From the human T2T-CHM13v2.0 reference genome, Homo sapiens: a stretch of 64,000 nt of DNA. Below, piece by piece: positions 1 through 15,450 of this stretch. The DNA lies in NCBI RefSeq assembly GCF_009914755.1, contig NC_060925.1, one strand, 5' to 3'. A program made the translations under genes and the position numbers. Positions within the stretch are counted from its first letter, which is position 1, and each line of letters opens with the position of its first letter. The notes below the pieces were generated by a model. The model was not told where the DNA came from. It was given only the letters and a program-made list of their open reading frames with translations, and made no database searches.

Positions 1-150
1 CTCAAAGCGGCTGAAATCTCCACTTGCAAATTCCACAAAAAGAGTGTTTCAAGTCTGCTCTGTGTAAAGGATCGTTCAACTCTGTGAGTAGAATACACAC
101 AACACAAGGAAGTTACTGAGAATTCTTCTGTCTAGCAGAATATGAAGAAA

Positions 151-167
151 TCCCGTTTCCAACGAAG
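151..167 (-). promoter_or_regulatory. CENP-B box (first of ~188 positions, one per 340-bp dimer; last at 63728-63744)
   Basis: The + strand TCCCGTTTCCAACGAAG is the reverse complement of CTTCGTTGGAAACGGGA, the canonical 17-bp box (essential core NTTCGNNNNANNCGGGN). It recurs at 491, 831, 1172, 1511 and so on. About 17 copies have a change in an essential base. Confidence 0.97.
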
Positions 168-2021
168 GCCTCAAAGAGGTCTGAATATCCACTTGCAGAC
201 TTTACAAACAGAGTGTTTCCTAACTGCTCTATGAACAGAAAGGTTAAACTCTGTGAGTTGAACGCACACATCACAAAGGAGTTTCTGAGAATCATTCTGT
301 CTAGTCTTTATACGAAGATATTTACTTTTCTACCATTGACCTCAAAGCGGCTGAAATCTCCACTTGCAAATTCCACAAAAAGAGTGTTTCAAGTCTGCTC
401 TCTGTAAAGGATCATTCAACTCTGTGAGTTGAATAAACACAACACAAGGAAGTTACTGAGAATTCTTCTGTCTAGCAGAATATGAAGAAATCCCGTTTCC
501 AACGAAGGCCTCAAGGAGGTCTGAATATCCACTTGCAGACTTTACAAACAGAGTGTTTCCTAACTGCTCTATGAACAGAAAGGTTAAACTCTGTGAGTTG
601 AACGCACACATCACAAAGGAGTTTATGAGAATCATTCTGTCTAGTTTCTATAAGAAGATATTTCCTATTCTACCATTGACCTCAAAGCGGCTGAAATCTC
701 CACTTGCAAATTCGACAAAAAGAGTGTTTCAAGCCTGCTCTCTGTAAAGGATCCTTCAACTCTGTGAGTTGAATACACACAACACAAGGAAGTTACTGAG
801 AATTATTCTGTCTAGCATAATATGAAGAAATCCCGTTTCCAACGAAGGCCTCAAAGAGGTCTGAATATCCACTTGCAGACTTTACAAACAGAGTGTTTCC
901 TAACTGCTCTATGAGAAGAAAAGTTAAACTCTGTGAGTTGAACGCACACATCACAAAAGATTTTCTGAGAATCATTCTGTCTAGTCTTTATATGAAGATA
1001 GTTTCCTTTTCTACCATTGACCTCAAAGCGGCTGAAATCTCCACTTGCAAATTCCACAAAAAGAGTGTTTCAAGTCTGCTCTGTGTAAAGGATCGTTCAA
1101 CTCTGTGAGTTGAATACACACAACACAAGGAAGTTACTGAGAATTCTTCTGTCTAGCAGAATATGAAGAAATCCCGTTTCCAACGAAGGCCACAAGATGT
1201 CAGAATATCCACTTACAGACTTTACAAACAGAGTGTTTCCTAACTGCTCTATGAACAGAAAGGTTAAACTCTGTGAGTTGAACGAACACATCACAACGCA
1301 GTTTGTGGGAATGATTCTGTCTAGTTTTGAAACGAAGATATTTCCTTTTCTGCCGTTGACCTTAAAGCGCTTGAAATCTACACTTGCAAATTGCACAAAT
1401 AGAGTGTTTCAAATCTGCTCTGTCTAAGGGAACGTTCAACTCTGTGAGTTGAATGCACACAACACAAGGAAGTTACTGGGAATTCTTCTGTCTAGCCTTA
1501 CATGAAAAAAACCCGTTTCCAACGAAGGCCTCTAAGTGGTCAAAATATCCACGTGCAGACTTTACAAACAGAGTGTTTCCAAACCGCTGAATGAAAAGAA
1601 AAGTTAAACTCTGAGAGTTGAACGCACACATCACGCAGCAGATTCTGAGAATGATTCTGTCTAGTTTTTATACGAAGATATTTCCTTTTCTGCCTTTGGC
1701 CCCAAAGCGCTTGAAATCTCCACTTGCAAATTCCACAAAAACAGTGTTTCAAATCTGCTCTCTCTAAATGAAAGTTCAACTCTGTCAGTTGAATACACAC
1801 AACACAAGGAAGTTACTTAGAATTCTTCTGTCTAGCATAATATGAAGAAATCCCGTTTCCAACGAAGGCCTCAAAGGGGTCTGAATATCCACTTGCAGAC
1901 TTTATAAACAGAGTGTTTACTAACTGCTCTATGAAAAGAAAGGTTAAACTCTGTGAGTTGAACACACACATCACAAAGGAGTTTCTGAGAATCATTCTGT
2001 CTAGTTTTTCTACGAAGATAT

Positions 2022-2038
2022 TTCCTTTTCTACTATTG
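2022..2038. promoter_or_regulatory. pJalpha/A-box position of the type-A (J1) monomer (example; one per dimer)
   Basis: TTCCTTTTCTAC(C/T)ATTG and its variants lie ~170 bp from each CENP-B box at the homologous monomer position. They resemble the pJalpha motif TTCCTTTTYCACCRTAG with mismatches. Confidence 0.7.
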
Positions 2039-5000
2039 ACCTCAAAGCGGCTGAAATCTCCACTTGCAAATTCCACAAAAAGAGTGTTTCAAGTCTGCTC
2101 TGTGTAAAGGATCGTTCAACTCTGTGAGTAGAATACACACAACACAAGGAAGTTACTGAGAATTCTTCTGTCTAGCGGAATAGGAAGAAATCCCGTTTCC
2201 AACGAAGGCCTCAAAGAGGTCTGAATATCCACTTGCAGACTTTACAAACAGAGTGTTTCCTAACTGCTCTATGAAAAGAAAGGTTAAACTCTGTGAGTTG
2301 AACGCACACATCACAAAGGAGTTTCTGAGAATCATTCTGTCTAGTTTCTATAGGAAGATATTTCCTATTCTACCATTGACCTCAAAGCGGCTGAAATCTC
2401 CACTTGCAAATTCCACAAAAAGAGTGTTTCAAGTCTGCTCTGTGTAAAGGATCGTTCAACTCTGTGAGTTGAATACACACAACACAAGGAAGTTACTGAG
2501 AATTCTTCTGTCTAGCAGAATATGAAGAAATCCCGTTTCCAACGAAGGCCTCAAGGAGGTCTGAATATCCACTTGCAGACTTTACAAACAGAGTGTTTCC
2601 TAACTGCTCTATGAACAGAAAGGTTAAACTCTGTGAGTTGAACGCACACATCACAAAGGAGTTTCTGAGAATCATTCTGTCTAGTCTTTATACGAAGATA
2701 TTTCCTATTCTACCATTGACCTCAAAGCGGCTGAAATCTCCACTTGCAAATTCCACAAAAAGAGTGTTTCAAGTCTGCTCTGTGTAAAGGATCATTCAAC
2801 TCTGTGAGTTGAATAAACACAACACAAGGAAGTTACTGAGAATTCTTCTGTCTAGCAGAATATGAAGAAATCCCGTTTCCAACGAAGGCCTCAAGGAGGT
2901 CTGAATATCCACTTGCAGACTTTACAAACAGAGTGTTTCCTAACTGCTCTATGAATAGAAAGGTTAAACTCTGTGAGTTGAACGCACACATCACAAAGGA
3001 GTTTATGAGAATCATTCTGTCTAGATTCTATAAGAAGATATTTCCTATTCTACCATTGACCTCAAAGCGGCTGAAATCTCCACTTGCAAATTCGACAAAA
3101 AGAGTGTTTCAAGCCTGCTCTCTGTAAAGGATCCTTCAACTCTGTGAGTTGAATACACACAACACAAGGAAGTTACTGAGAATTATTCTGTCTAGCATAA
3201 TATGAAGAAATCCCGTTTCCAACGAAGGCCTCAAAGAGGTCTGAATATCCACTTGCAGACTTTACAAACAGAGTGTTTCCTAACTGCTCTATGAGAAGAA
3301 AAGTTAAACTCTGTGAGTTGAACGCCCACATCACAAAGGAGTGTCTGAGAATCATTCTGTCTAGTTTTTCTACGAAGATATTTCCTTTTCTACTATTGAC
3401 CTCAAAGCGGCTGAAATCTCCACTTGCAAATTCCACAAAAAGAGTGTTTCAAGTCTGCTCTGTGTAAAGGATCGTTCAACTCTGTGAGTTGAATACACAC
3501 AACACAAGGAAGTTACTGAGAATTCTTCTGTCTAGCAGAATAGGAAGAAATCCCGTTTCCAACGAAGGCCTCAAAGAGGTCTGAATATCCACGTGCAGAC
3601 TTTTCAAACAGAGTGTTTCCTAACTGCTCTATGAAAAGAAAGGTTAAACTCTGTGAGTTGAACGCACACATCACAAAGGAGTTTCTGAGAATCGTTCTGT
3701 CTAGTTTCTATAGGAAGATATTTCCTATTCTACCATTGACCTCAAAGCGGCTGAAATCTCCACTTGCAAATTCCACAAAAAGAGTGTTTCAAGTCTGCTC
3801 TGTGTAAAGGATCGTTCAACTCTGTGAGTTGAATACACACAACACAAGGAAGTTACTGAGAATTCTTCTGTCTAGCAGAATAGGAAGAAATCCCGTTTCC
3901 AACGAAGGCCTCAAGGAGGTCTGAATATCCACTTGCAGACTTTACAAACAGAGTGTTTCCTAACTGCTCTATGAACAGAAAGGTTAAACTCTGTGAGTTG
4001 AACGCACACATCACAAAGGAGTTTCTGAGAATCATTCTGTCTAGTCTTTATACGAAGATATTTACTTTTCTACCATTGACCTCAAAGCGGCTGAAATCTC
4101 CACTTGCAAATTCCACAAAAAGAGTGTTTCAAGTCTGCTCTGTGTAAAGGATCGTTCAACTCTGTGAGTTGAATAAACACAACACAAGGAAGTTACTGAG
4201 AATTCTTCTGTCTAGCAGAATATGAAGAAATCCCGTTTCCAACGAAGGCCTCTAGGAGGTCTGAATATCCACTTGCAGACTTTACAAACACAGTGTTTCC
4301 TAACTGCTCTATGAACAGAAAGGTTAAACTCTGTGAGTTGAACGAACACATCACAACGCAGTTTGTGGGAATGATTCTGTCTAGTTTTGAAACGAAGATA
4401 TTTCCTTTTCTGCCGTTGACCTTAAAGCGCTTGAAATCTACACTTGCAAATTGCACAAATAGAGTGTTTCAAATCTGCTCTGTCTAAGGGAACGTTCAAC
4501 TCTGTGAGTTGAATGCACACAACACAAGGAAGTTACTGGGAATTCTTCTGTCTAGCCTTACATGAAAAAAACCCGTTTCCAACGAAGGCCTCTAAGTGGT
4601 CAAAATATCCACGTGCAGACTTTACAAACAGAGTGTTTCTAAACCGCTGAATGAAAAGAAAAGTTAAACTCTGAGAGTTGAACGCACACATCACGCAGCA
4701 GATTCTGAGAATGATTCTGTCTAGTTTTTATAGGAAGATATTTCCTTTTCTGCCTTTGGCCCCAAAGCGCTTGAAATCTCCACTTGCAAATTCCACAAAA
4801 ACAGTGTTTCAAATCTGCTCTCTCTAAATGAAAGTTCAACTCTGTCAGTTGAATACACACAACACAAGGAAGTTACTGAGAATTCTTCTGTCTAGCATAA
4901 TATGAAGAAATCCCGTTTCCAACGAAGGCCTCAAAGGGGTCTGAATATCCACTTGCAGACTTTATAAACAGAGTGTTTACTAACTGCTCTATGAAAAGAA

Positions 5001-8000
5001 AGGTTAAACTCTGTGAGTTGAACGCACACATCACAAAGGAGTTTCTGAGAATCATTCTGTCTAGTTTTTCTACGAAGATATTTCCTTTTCTACTATTGAC
5101 CTCAAAGCGGCTGAAATCTCCACTTGCAAATTCCACAAAAAGAGTGTTTCAAGTCTGCTCTGTGTAAAGGATCGTTCAACTCTGTGAGTTGAATACACAC
5201 AACACAAGGAAGTGACTGAGAATTCTTCTGTCTAGCATAATATGAAGAAATCCCGTTTCCAACGAAGGCCTCAAATAGGTCTGAATATCCACTTGCAGAC
5301 TTTACAAACAGAGTGTTTCCTAACTGCTCTATGAAAAGAAAAGTTAAACTCTTTGAGTTGAACGCACACATCACAAAGGAGTTTCTGAGAATCATTCTGT
5401 CTAGTTTCTATAGGAAGATATTTCCTATTCTACCATTGACCTCAAAGCGGCTGAAATCTCCACTTGCAAATTCCACAAAAAGAGTGTTTCAAGTCTGCTC
5501 TGTGTAAAGGATCGTTCAACTCTGTGAGTTGAATACACACAACACAAGGAAGTTACTGAGAATTCTTCTGTCTAGCAGAATATGAAGAAATCCCGTTTCC
5601 AACGAAGGCCTCAAGGAGGTCTGAATATCCACTTGCAGACTTTACAAACAGAGTGTTTCCTAACTGCTCTATGAAAAGAAAGGTTAAACTCTGTGAGTTG
5701 AACGCACACATCACAAAGGAGTTCATGAGAATCATTTTGTCTAGGTTCTATAAGAAGATATTTCCTATTCTACCATTGACCTCAAAGCGGCTGAAATCTC
5801 CACTTGCAAATTCGACAAAAAGAGTGTTTCAAGCCTGCTCTCTCTAAAGGATCCTTCAACTCTGTGAGTTGAATACACACAACACAAGGAAGTTACTGAG
5901 AATTATTCTGTCTAGCATAATATGAAGAAATCCCGTTTCCAACGAAGGCCTCAAAGAGGTCTGAATATCCACTTGCACACTTTACAAACAGAGTGTTTCC
6001 TAACTGCTCTATGAGAAGAAAAGTTAAACTCTGTGAGTTGAACGCACACATCACAAAAGATTTTCTGAGAATCATTCTGTCTAGTCTTTATATGAAGATA
6101 GTTTCCTTTTCTACCATTGACCTCAAAGCGGCTGAAATCTCCACTTGCAAATTCCACAAAAAGAGTGTTTCAAGTCTGCTCTGTGTAAAGGATCGTTCAT
6201 CTCTGTGAGTTGAATACACACAACACAAGGAAGTTACTGAGAATTCTTCTGTCTAGCAGAATATGAAAAAATCCCGTTTCTAACGAAGGCCACAAGATGT
6301 CAGAATATCCACTTACAGACTTTACAAACAGAGTGTTTCCTAACTGCTCTATGAACAGAAAGGTTAAACTCTGTGAGTTGAACGAACACATCACAACGCA
6401 GTTTGTGGGAATGATTCTGTCTAGTTTTGAAACGAAGATATTTCCTTTTCTGCCGTTGACCTTAAAGCGCTTGAAATCTATACTTGCAAATTGCACAAAT
6501 AGAGTGTTTCAAATCTGCTCTGTCTAAGGGAACGTTCAACTCTGTGAGTTGAATGCACACAACACAAGGAAGTTACTGGGAATTCTTCTGTCTAGCCTTA
6601 CATGAAAAAAAACCCGTTTCCAACGAAGGCCTCTAAGTGGTAAAAATATCCACGTGCAGACTTTACAAACAGAGTGTTTCCAAACCGCTGAATGAAAAGA
6701 AAAGTTAAACTCTGAGAGTTGAACGCACACATCACGCAGCAGTTTCTGAGAATGATTCTGTCTAGTTTTTAAACGAAGATATTTCCTTTTCTGCCCTTGG
6801 CCCCAAAGCGCTTGAAATCTCCACTTGCATATTCCACAAAAACAGTGTTTCAAATCTGCTCTCTCTAAATGAAAGTTCAACTCTGTCAGTTGAATACACA
6901 CAACACAAGGAAGTTACCGAGAATTCTTCTGTCTAGCAGAATATGAAGAAATCCCGTTTCCAACGAAGGCCTCAAAGGGGTCTGAATATCCACTTGCAGA
7001 CTTTAAAAACAGAGTGTTTACTAACTCTTCTATGAAAAGAAAGGTTAAACTCTGTGAGTTGAACACACACATCACAAAGGAGTTTCTGAGAATCATTCTG
7101 CCTAGTTTTTCTACGAAGATATTTCCTTTTCTACTATTGACCTCAAAGCGGCTGAAATCTCCACTTGCAAATTCCACAAAAAGAGTGTTTCAAGTCTGCT
7201 CTGTGTAAAGGATCGTTCAACTCTGTGAGTTGAATACACACAACACAAGGAAGTTACTGAGAATTCTTCTGTCTAGCAGAATATGAAGAAATCCCGTTTC
7301 CAACGAAGGCCTCAAAGAGGTCTGAATATCCACTTGCAGACTTTACAAACAGAGTGTTTCCTAACTGCTCTATGAAAAGAAAGGTTAAACTCTGTGAGTT
7401 GAACGCACACATCACAAAGGAGTTTCTGAGAATCATTCTGTCTAGTTTCTATAGGAAGATATTTCCTATTCTACCATTGACCTCAAAGCGGCTGAAATCT
7501 CCACTTGCAAATTCCACAAAAAGAGTGTTTCAAGTCTGCTCTGTGTAAAGGATCGTTCAACTCTGTGAGTTGAATACATACAACACAAGGAAGTTACTGA
7601 GAATTCTTCTGTCTAGCAGAATATGAAGAAATCCCGTTTCCAACGAAGGCCTCAAGGAGGTCTGAATATCCACTTGCAGACTTTACAAACAGAGTGTTTC
7701 CTAACTGCTCTATGAACAGAAAGGTTAAACTCTGTGAGTTGAACGCACACACCACAAAAGAGTTTCTGAGAATCATTCTGTCTAGTCTTTATACGAAGAT
7801 ATTTACTTTTCTACCATTGACCTCAAAGCGGCTGAAATCTCCACTTGCAAATTCCACAAAAAGAGTGTTTCAAGTCTGCTCTCTGTAAAGGATCATTCAA
7901 CTGTGTGAGTTGAATAAACACAACACAAGGAAGTTACTGAGAATTATTCTGTCTAGCATAATATGAAGAAAACCCGTTTCCAACGAAGGCCTCAAAGATA

Positions 8001-11000
8001 TCTGAATATCCACTTGCAGACTTTACAAACAGAGTGTTTCCTAACTGCTCTATGAGAAGAAAAGTTAAACTCTGTGAGTTGAACGCACACATCACAAAAG
8101 ATTTTCTGAGAATCATTCTGTCTAGTCTTTATATGAAGATAGTTTCCTTTTCTACCATTGACCTCAAAGCGGCTGAAATCTCCACTTGCAAATTCCACAA
8201 AAAGAGTGTTTCAAGTCTGCTCTGTGTAAAGGATCGTTCAACTCTGTGAGTTGAATACACACAACACAAGGAAGTTACTGAGAATTCTTCTGTCTAGCAG
8301 AATAGGAAGAAATCCCGTTTCCAACGAAGGCCACAAGATGTCAGAATATCCACTTACAGACTTTACAAACAGAGTGTTTCCTAACTGCTCTATGAACAGA
8401 AAGGTTAAACTCTGTGAGTTGAACGAACACATCACAACGCAGTTTGTGGGAATGATTCTGTCTAGTTTTGAAACGAAGATATTTCCTTTTCTGCCGTTGA
8501 CCTTAAAGCGCTTGAAATCTACACTTGCAAATTGCACAAATAGAGTGTTTCAAATCTGCTCTGTCTAAGGGAACGTTCAACTCTGTGAGTTGAATGCACA
8601 CAACACAAGGAAGTTACTGGGAATTCTTCTGTCTAGCCTTACATGAAAAAAACCCGTTTCCAACGAAGGCCTCTAAGTGGTCAAAATTTCCACGTGCAGA
8701 CTTTACAAACAGAGTGTTTCCAAACCGCTGAATGAAAAGAAAAGTTAAACTCTGAGAGTTGAACGCACACATCACGCAGCAGTTTCTGAGAATGATTCTG
8801 TCTAGTTTTTATACGAAGATATTTCCTTTTCTGCCTTTGGCCCCAAAGCGCTTGAAATCTCCACTTGCAAATTCCACAAAAACAGTGTTTCAAATCTGCT
8901 CTCTCTAAATGAAAGTTCAACTCTGTCAGTTGAATACACACAACACAAGGAAGTTACTGAGAATTCTTCTGTCTAGCATAATATGAAGAAATCCCGTTTC
9001 CAACGAAGGCCTCAAAGGGGTCTGAATATCCACTTGCAGACTTTATAAACAGAGTGTTTACTAACTGCTCTATGAAAAGAAAGGTTAAACTCTGTGAGTT
9101 GAACACACACATCACAAAGGAGTTTCTGAGAATCATTCTGTCTAGTTTTTCTACGAAGATATTTCCTTTTCTACTATTGACCTCAAAGCGGCTGAAATCT
9201 CCACTTGCAAATTCCACAAAAAGAGTGTTTCAAGTCTGCTCTGTGTAAAGGATCGTTCAACTCTGTGAGTTGAATACACACAAAACAAGGAAGTTACTGA
9301 GAATTCTTCTGTCTAGCAGAATATGAAGAAATCCCGTTTCCAACGAAGGCCTCAAAGAGGTCTGAATATCCACTTGCAGACTTTACAAACAGAGTGTTTC
9401 CTAACTGCTCTATGAAAAGAAAGTTTAAACTCTGTGAGTTGAACGCACACATCACAAAGGAGTTTCTGAGAATCGTTCTGTCTAGTTTCTATAGGAAGAT
9501 ATTTCCTATTCTACCATTGACCTCAAAGCGGCTGAAATCTCCAGTTGCAAATTCCACGAAAAGAATGTTTCAAGTCTGCTCTGTGTAAAGGATCGTTCAA
9601 CTCTGTGAGTTGAATACACACAACACAAGGAAGTTACTGAGAGTTCTTCTGTCTAGCAGAATATGAAGAAATCCCGTTTCCAACGAAGGCCTCAAGGAGG
9701 TCTGAATATCCACTTGCAGACTTTACAAACAGAGTGTTTCCTAACTGCTCTATGAACAGAAAGGTTAAACTCTGTGAGTTGAACGCACACATCACAAAGG
9801 AGTTTCTGAGAATCATTCTGTCTAGTCTTTATACGAAGATATTTACTTTTCTACCATTGACCTCAAAGCGGCTGAAATCTCCACTTGCAAATTCCACAAA
9901 AAGAGTGTTTCAAGTCTGCTCTGTGTAAAGGATCATTCAACTCTGTGAGTTGAATAAACACAACACAAGGAAGTTACTGAGAATTCTTCTGTCTAGCAGA
10001 ATATGAAGAAATCCCGTTTCCAACGAAGGCCTCAAAGAGGTCTGAATATCCACATGCAGACTTTAAAAACAGAGTGTTTACTAACTGTTCTATGAAAAGA
10101 AAGGTTAAACTCTGTGAGTTGAACACACACATCACAAAGGAGTTTCTGAGAATCATTCTGCCTAGTTTTTCTACGAAGATATTTCCTTTTCTACTATTGA
10201 CCTCAAAGCGGCTGAAATCTCCACTTGCAAATTCCACAAAAAGAGTGTTTCAAGTCTGCTCTGTGTAAAGGATCGTTCAACTCTGTGAGTTGAATACACA
10301 CAACACAAGGAAGTTACTGAGAATTCTTCTGTCTAGCAGAATATGAAGAAATCCCCTTTCCAACGAAGGCCTCAAAGAGGTCTGAATATCCACTTGCAGA
10401 CTTTACAAACAGAGTGTTTCCTAACTGCTCTATGAAAAGAAAGGTTAAACTCTGTGAGTTGAACGCACACATCACAAAGGAGTTTCTGAGAATCATTCTG
10501 TCTAGTTTCTATAGGAAGATATTTCCTATTCTACCATTGACCTCAAAGCGGCTGAAATCTCCACTTGCAAATTCCACAAAAAGAGTGTTTCAAGTCTGCT
10601 CTGTGTAAAGGATCGTTCAACTCTGTGAGTTGAATACATACAACACAAGGAAGTTACTGAGAATTCTTCTGTCTAGCAGAATATGAAGAAATCCGGTTTC
10701 CAACGAAGGCCTCAAGGAGGTCTGAATATCCACTTGCAGACTTTACAAACAGAGTGTTTCCTAACTGCTCTATGAACAGAAAGGTTAAACTCTGTGAGTT
10801 GAACGCACACACCACAAAAGAGTTTCTGAGAATCATTCTGTCTAGTCTTTATACGAAGATATTTACTTTTCTACCATTGACCTCAAAGCGGCTGAAATCT
10901 CCACTTGCAAATTCCACAAAAAGAGTGTTTCAAGTCTGCTCTCTGTAAAGGATCATTCAACTCTGTGAGTTGAATAAACACAACACAAGGAAGTTACTGA

Positions 11001-14000
11001 GAATTCTTCTGTCTAGCAGAATATGCAGAAATCCCGTTTCCAACGAAGGCCTCAAGGAGGTCTGAATATCCACTTGCAGACTTTACAAACAGAGTGTTTC
11101 CTAACTGCTCTATGAAAAGAAAGGTTAAACTCTGTGAGTTGAACGCACACATCACAAAGGAGTTTATGAGAATCATTCTGTCTAGTTTCTATAAGAAGAT
11201 ATTTCCTATTCTACCATTGACCTCAAAGCGGCTGAAATCTCCACTTGCAAATTCGACAAAAAGAGTGTTTCAAGCCTGCTCTCTGTAAAGGATCCTTCAA
11301 CTCTGTGAGTTGAATACACACAACACAAGGAAGTTACTGAGAATTATTCTGTCTAGCATAATATGAAGAAATCCCGTTTCCAACGAAGGCCTCAAAGAGG
11401 TCTGAATATCCACTTGCAGACTTTACAAACAGAGTGTTTCCTAACTGCTCTATGAGAAGAAAAGTTAAACTCTGTGAGTTGAACGCACACATCACAAAAG
11501 ATTTTCTGAGAATCATTCTGTCTAGTCTTTATATGAAGATAGTTTCCTTTTCTACCATTGACCTCAAAGCGGCTGAAATCTCCACTTGCAAATTCCACAA
11601 AAAGAGTGTTTCAAGTCTGCTCTGTGTAAAGGATCGTTCAACTCTGTGAGTTGAATACACACAACACAAGGAAGTTACTGAGAATTCTTCTGTCTAGCAG
11701 AATAGGAAGAAATCCCGTTTCCAACGAAGGCCACAAGATGTCAGAATATCCACTTACAGACTTTACAAACAGAGTGTTTCCTAACTGCTCTATGAACAGA
11801 AAGGTTAAACTCTGTGAGTTGAACGAACACATCACAACGCAGTTTGTGGGAATGATTCTGTCTAGTTTTGAAACGAAGATATTTCCTTTTCTGCCGTTGA
11901 CCTTAAAGCGCTTGAAATCTACACTTGCAAATTGCACAAATAGAGTGTTTCAAATCTGCTCTGTCTAAGGGAACGTTCAACTCTGTGAGTTGAATGCACA
12001 CAACACAAGGAAGTTACTGGGAATTCTTCTGTCTAGCCTTACATGAAAAAAACCCGTTTCCAACGAAGGCCTCTAAGTGGTCAAAATTTCCACGTGCAGA
12101 CTTTACAAACAGAGTGTTTCCAAACCGCTGAATGAAAAGAAAAGTTAAACTCTGAGAGTTGAACGCACACATCACGCAGCAGTTTCTGAGAATGATTCTG
12201 TCTAGTTTTTATACGAAGATATTTCCTTTTCTGCCTTTGGCCCCAAAGCGCTTGAAATCTCCACTTGCAAATTCCACAAAAACAGTGTTTCAAATCTGCT
12301 CTCTCTAAATGAAAGTTCAACTCTGTCAGTTGAATACACACAACACAAGGAAGTTACTGAGAATTCTTCTGTCTAGCATAATATGAAGAAATCCCGTTTC
12401 CAACGAAGGCCTCAAAGGGGTCTGAATATCCACTTGCAGACTTTATAAACAGAGTGTTTACTAACTGCTCTATGAAAAGAAAGGTTAAACTCTGTGAGTT
12501 GAACACACACATCACAAAGGAGTTTCTGAGAATCATTCTGTCTAGTTTTTCTACGAAGATATTTCCTTTTCTACTATTGACCTCAAAGCGGCTGAAATCT
12601 CCACTTGCAAATTCCACAAAAAGAGTGTTTCAAGTCTGCTCTGTGTAAAGGATCGTTCAACTCTGTGAGTTGAATACACACAAAACAAGGAAGTTACTGA
12701 GAATTCTTCTGTCTAGCAGAATATGAAGAAATCCCGTTTCCAACGAAGGCCTCAAAGAGGTCTGAATATCCACTTGCAGACTTTACAAACAGAGTGTTTC
12801 CTAACTGCTCTATGAAAAGAAAGTTTAAACTCTGTGAGTTGAACGCACACATCACAAAGGAGTTTCTGAGAATCGTTCTGTCTAGTTTCTATAGGAAGAT
12901 ATTTCCTATTCTACCATTGACCTCAAAGCGGCTGAAATCTCCAGTTGCAAATTCCACGAAAAGAATGTTTCAAGTCTGCTCTGTGTAAAGGATCGTTCAA
13001 CTCTGTGAGTTGAATACACACAACACAAGGAAGTTACTGAGAGTTCTTCTGTCTAGCAGAATATGAAGAAATCCCGTTTCCAACGAAGGCCTCAAGGAGG
13101 TCTGAATATCCACTTGCAGACTTTACAAACAGAGTGTTTCCTAACTGCTCTATGAACAGAAAGGTTAAACTCTGTGAGTTGAACGCACACATCACAAAGG
13201 AGTTTCTGAGAATCATTCTGTCTAGTCTTTATACGAAGATATTTACTTTTCTACCATTGACCTCAAAGCGGCTGAAATCTCCACTTGCAAATTCCACAAA
13301 AAGAGTGTTTCAAGTCTGCTCTGTGTAAAGGATCATTCAACTCTGTGAGTTGAATAAACACAACACAAGGAAGTTACTGAGAATTCTTCTGTCTAGCAGA
13401 ATATGAAGAAATCCCGTTTCCAACGAAGGCCTCAAAGAGGTCTGAATATCCACATGCAGACTTTAAAAACAGAGTGTTTACTAACTGTTCTATGAAAAGA
13501 AAGGTTAAACTCTGTGAGTTGAACACACACATCACAAAGGAGTTTCTGAGAATCATTCTGCCTAGTTTTTCTACGAAGATATTTCCTTTTCTACTATTGA
13601 CCTCAAAGCGGCTGAAATCTCCACTTGCAAATTCCACAAAAAGAGTGTTTCAAGTCTGCTCTGTGTAAAGGATCGTTCAACTCTGTGAGTTGAATACACA
13701 CAACACAAGGAAGTTACTGAGAATTCTTCTGTCTAGCAGAATATGAAGAAATCCCCTTTCCAACGAAGGCCTCAAAGAGGTCTGAATATCCACTTGCAGA
13801 CTTTACAAACAGAGTGTTTCCTAACTGCTCTATGAAAAGAAAGGTTAAACTCTGTGAGTTGAACGCACACATCACAAAGGAGTTTCTGAGAATCATTCTG
13901 TCTAGTTTCTATAGGAAGATATTTCCTATTCTACCATTGACCTCAAAGCGGCTGAAATCTCCACTTGCAAATTCCACAAAAAGAGTGTTTCAAGTCTGCT

Positions 14001-15450
14001 CTGTGTAAAGGATCGTTCAACTCTGTGAGTTGAATACATACAACACAAGGAAGTTACTGAGAATTCTTCTGTCTAGCAGAATATGAAGAAATCCGGTTTC
14101 CAACGAAGGCCTCAAGGAGGTCTGAATATCCACTTGCAGACTTTACAAACAGAGTGTTTCCTAACTGCTCTATGAACAGAAAGGTTAAACTCTGTGAGTT
14201 GAACGCACACACCACAAAAGAGTTTCTGAGAATCATTCTGTCTAGTCTTTATACGAAGATATTTACTTTTCTACCATTGACCTCAAAGCGGCTGAAATCT
14301 CCACTTGCAAATTCCACAAAAAGAGTGTTTCAAGTCTGCTCTCTGTAAAGGATCATTCAACTCTGTGAGTTGAATAAACACAACACAAGGAAGTTACTGA
14401 GAATTCTTCTGTCTAGCAGAATATGCAGAAATCCCGTTTCCAACGAAGGCCTCAAGGAGGTCTGAATATCCACTTGCAGACTTTACAAACAGAGTGTTTC
14501 CTAACTGCTCTATGAAAAGAAAGGTTAAACTCTGTGAGTTGAACGCACACATCACAAAGGAGTTTATGAGAATCATTCTGTCTAGTTTCTATAAGAAGAT
14601 ATTTCCTATTCTACCATTGACCTCAAAGCGGCTGAAATCTCCACTTGCAAATTCGACAAAAAGAGTGTTTCAAGCCTGCTCTCTGTAAAGGATCCTTCAA
14701 CTCTGTGAGTTGAATACACACAACACAAGGAAGTTACTGAGAATTATTCTGTCTAGCATAATATGAAGAAATCCCGTTTCCAACGAAGGCCTCAAAGAGG
14801 TCTGAATATCCACTTGCAGACTTTACAAACAGAGTGTTTCCTAACTGCTCTATGAGAAGAAAAGTTAAACTCTGTGAGTTGAACGCACACATCACAAAAG
14901 ATTTTCTGAGAATCATTCTGTCTAGTCTTTATATGAAGATAGTTTCCTTTTCTACCATTGACCTCAAAGCGGCTGAAATCTCCACTTGCAAATTCCACAA
15001 AAAGAGTGTTTCAAGTCTGCTCTGTGTAAAGGATCGTTCAACTCTGTGAGTTGAATACACACAACACAAGGAAGTTACTGAGAATTCTTCTGTCTAGCAG
15101 AATAGGAAGAAATCCCGTTTCCAACGAAGGCCACAAGATGTCAGAATATCCACTTACAGACTTTACAAACAGAGTGTTTCCTAACTGCTCTATGAACAGA
15201 AAGGTTAAACTCTGTGAGTTGAACGAACACATCACAACGCAGTTTGTGGGAATGATTCTGTCTAGTTTTGAAACGAAGATATTTCCTTTTCTGCCGTTGA
15301 CCTTAAAGCGCTTGAAATCTACACTTGCAAATTGCACAAATAGAGTGTTTCAAATCTGCTCTGTCTAAGGGAACGTTCAACTCTGTGAGTTGAATGCACA
15401 CAACACAAGGAAGTTACTGGGAATTCTTCTGTCTAGCCTTACATGAAAAA
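8001..15450. repeat. Tandem duplication, 3400-bp unit (20-mer)
   Basis: Rare markers recur at exactly +3400: caaaacaagg 9281/12681, gagttcttct 9641/13041, cacatgcaga 10051/13451, atcccctttc 10351/13751, atatgcagaa 11021/14421. Confidence 0.92.

Noticed and set aside
1550-1555. E-box CACGTG once per B dimer as a MYC/USF regulatory site
   Set aside because: It is a 6-mer one substitution from the consensus CACTTG. There is no evidence of function from sequence, and it is likely CpG-methylated.
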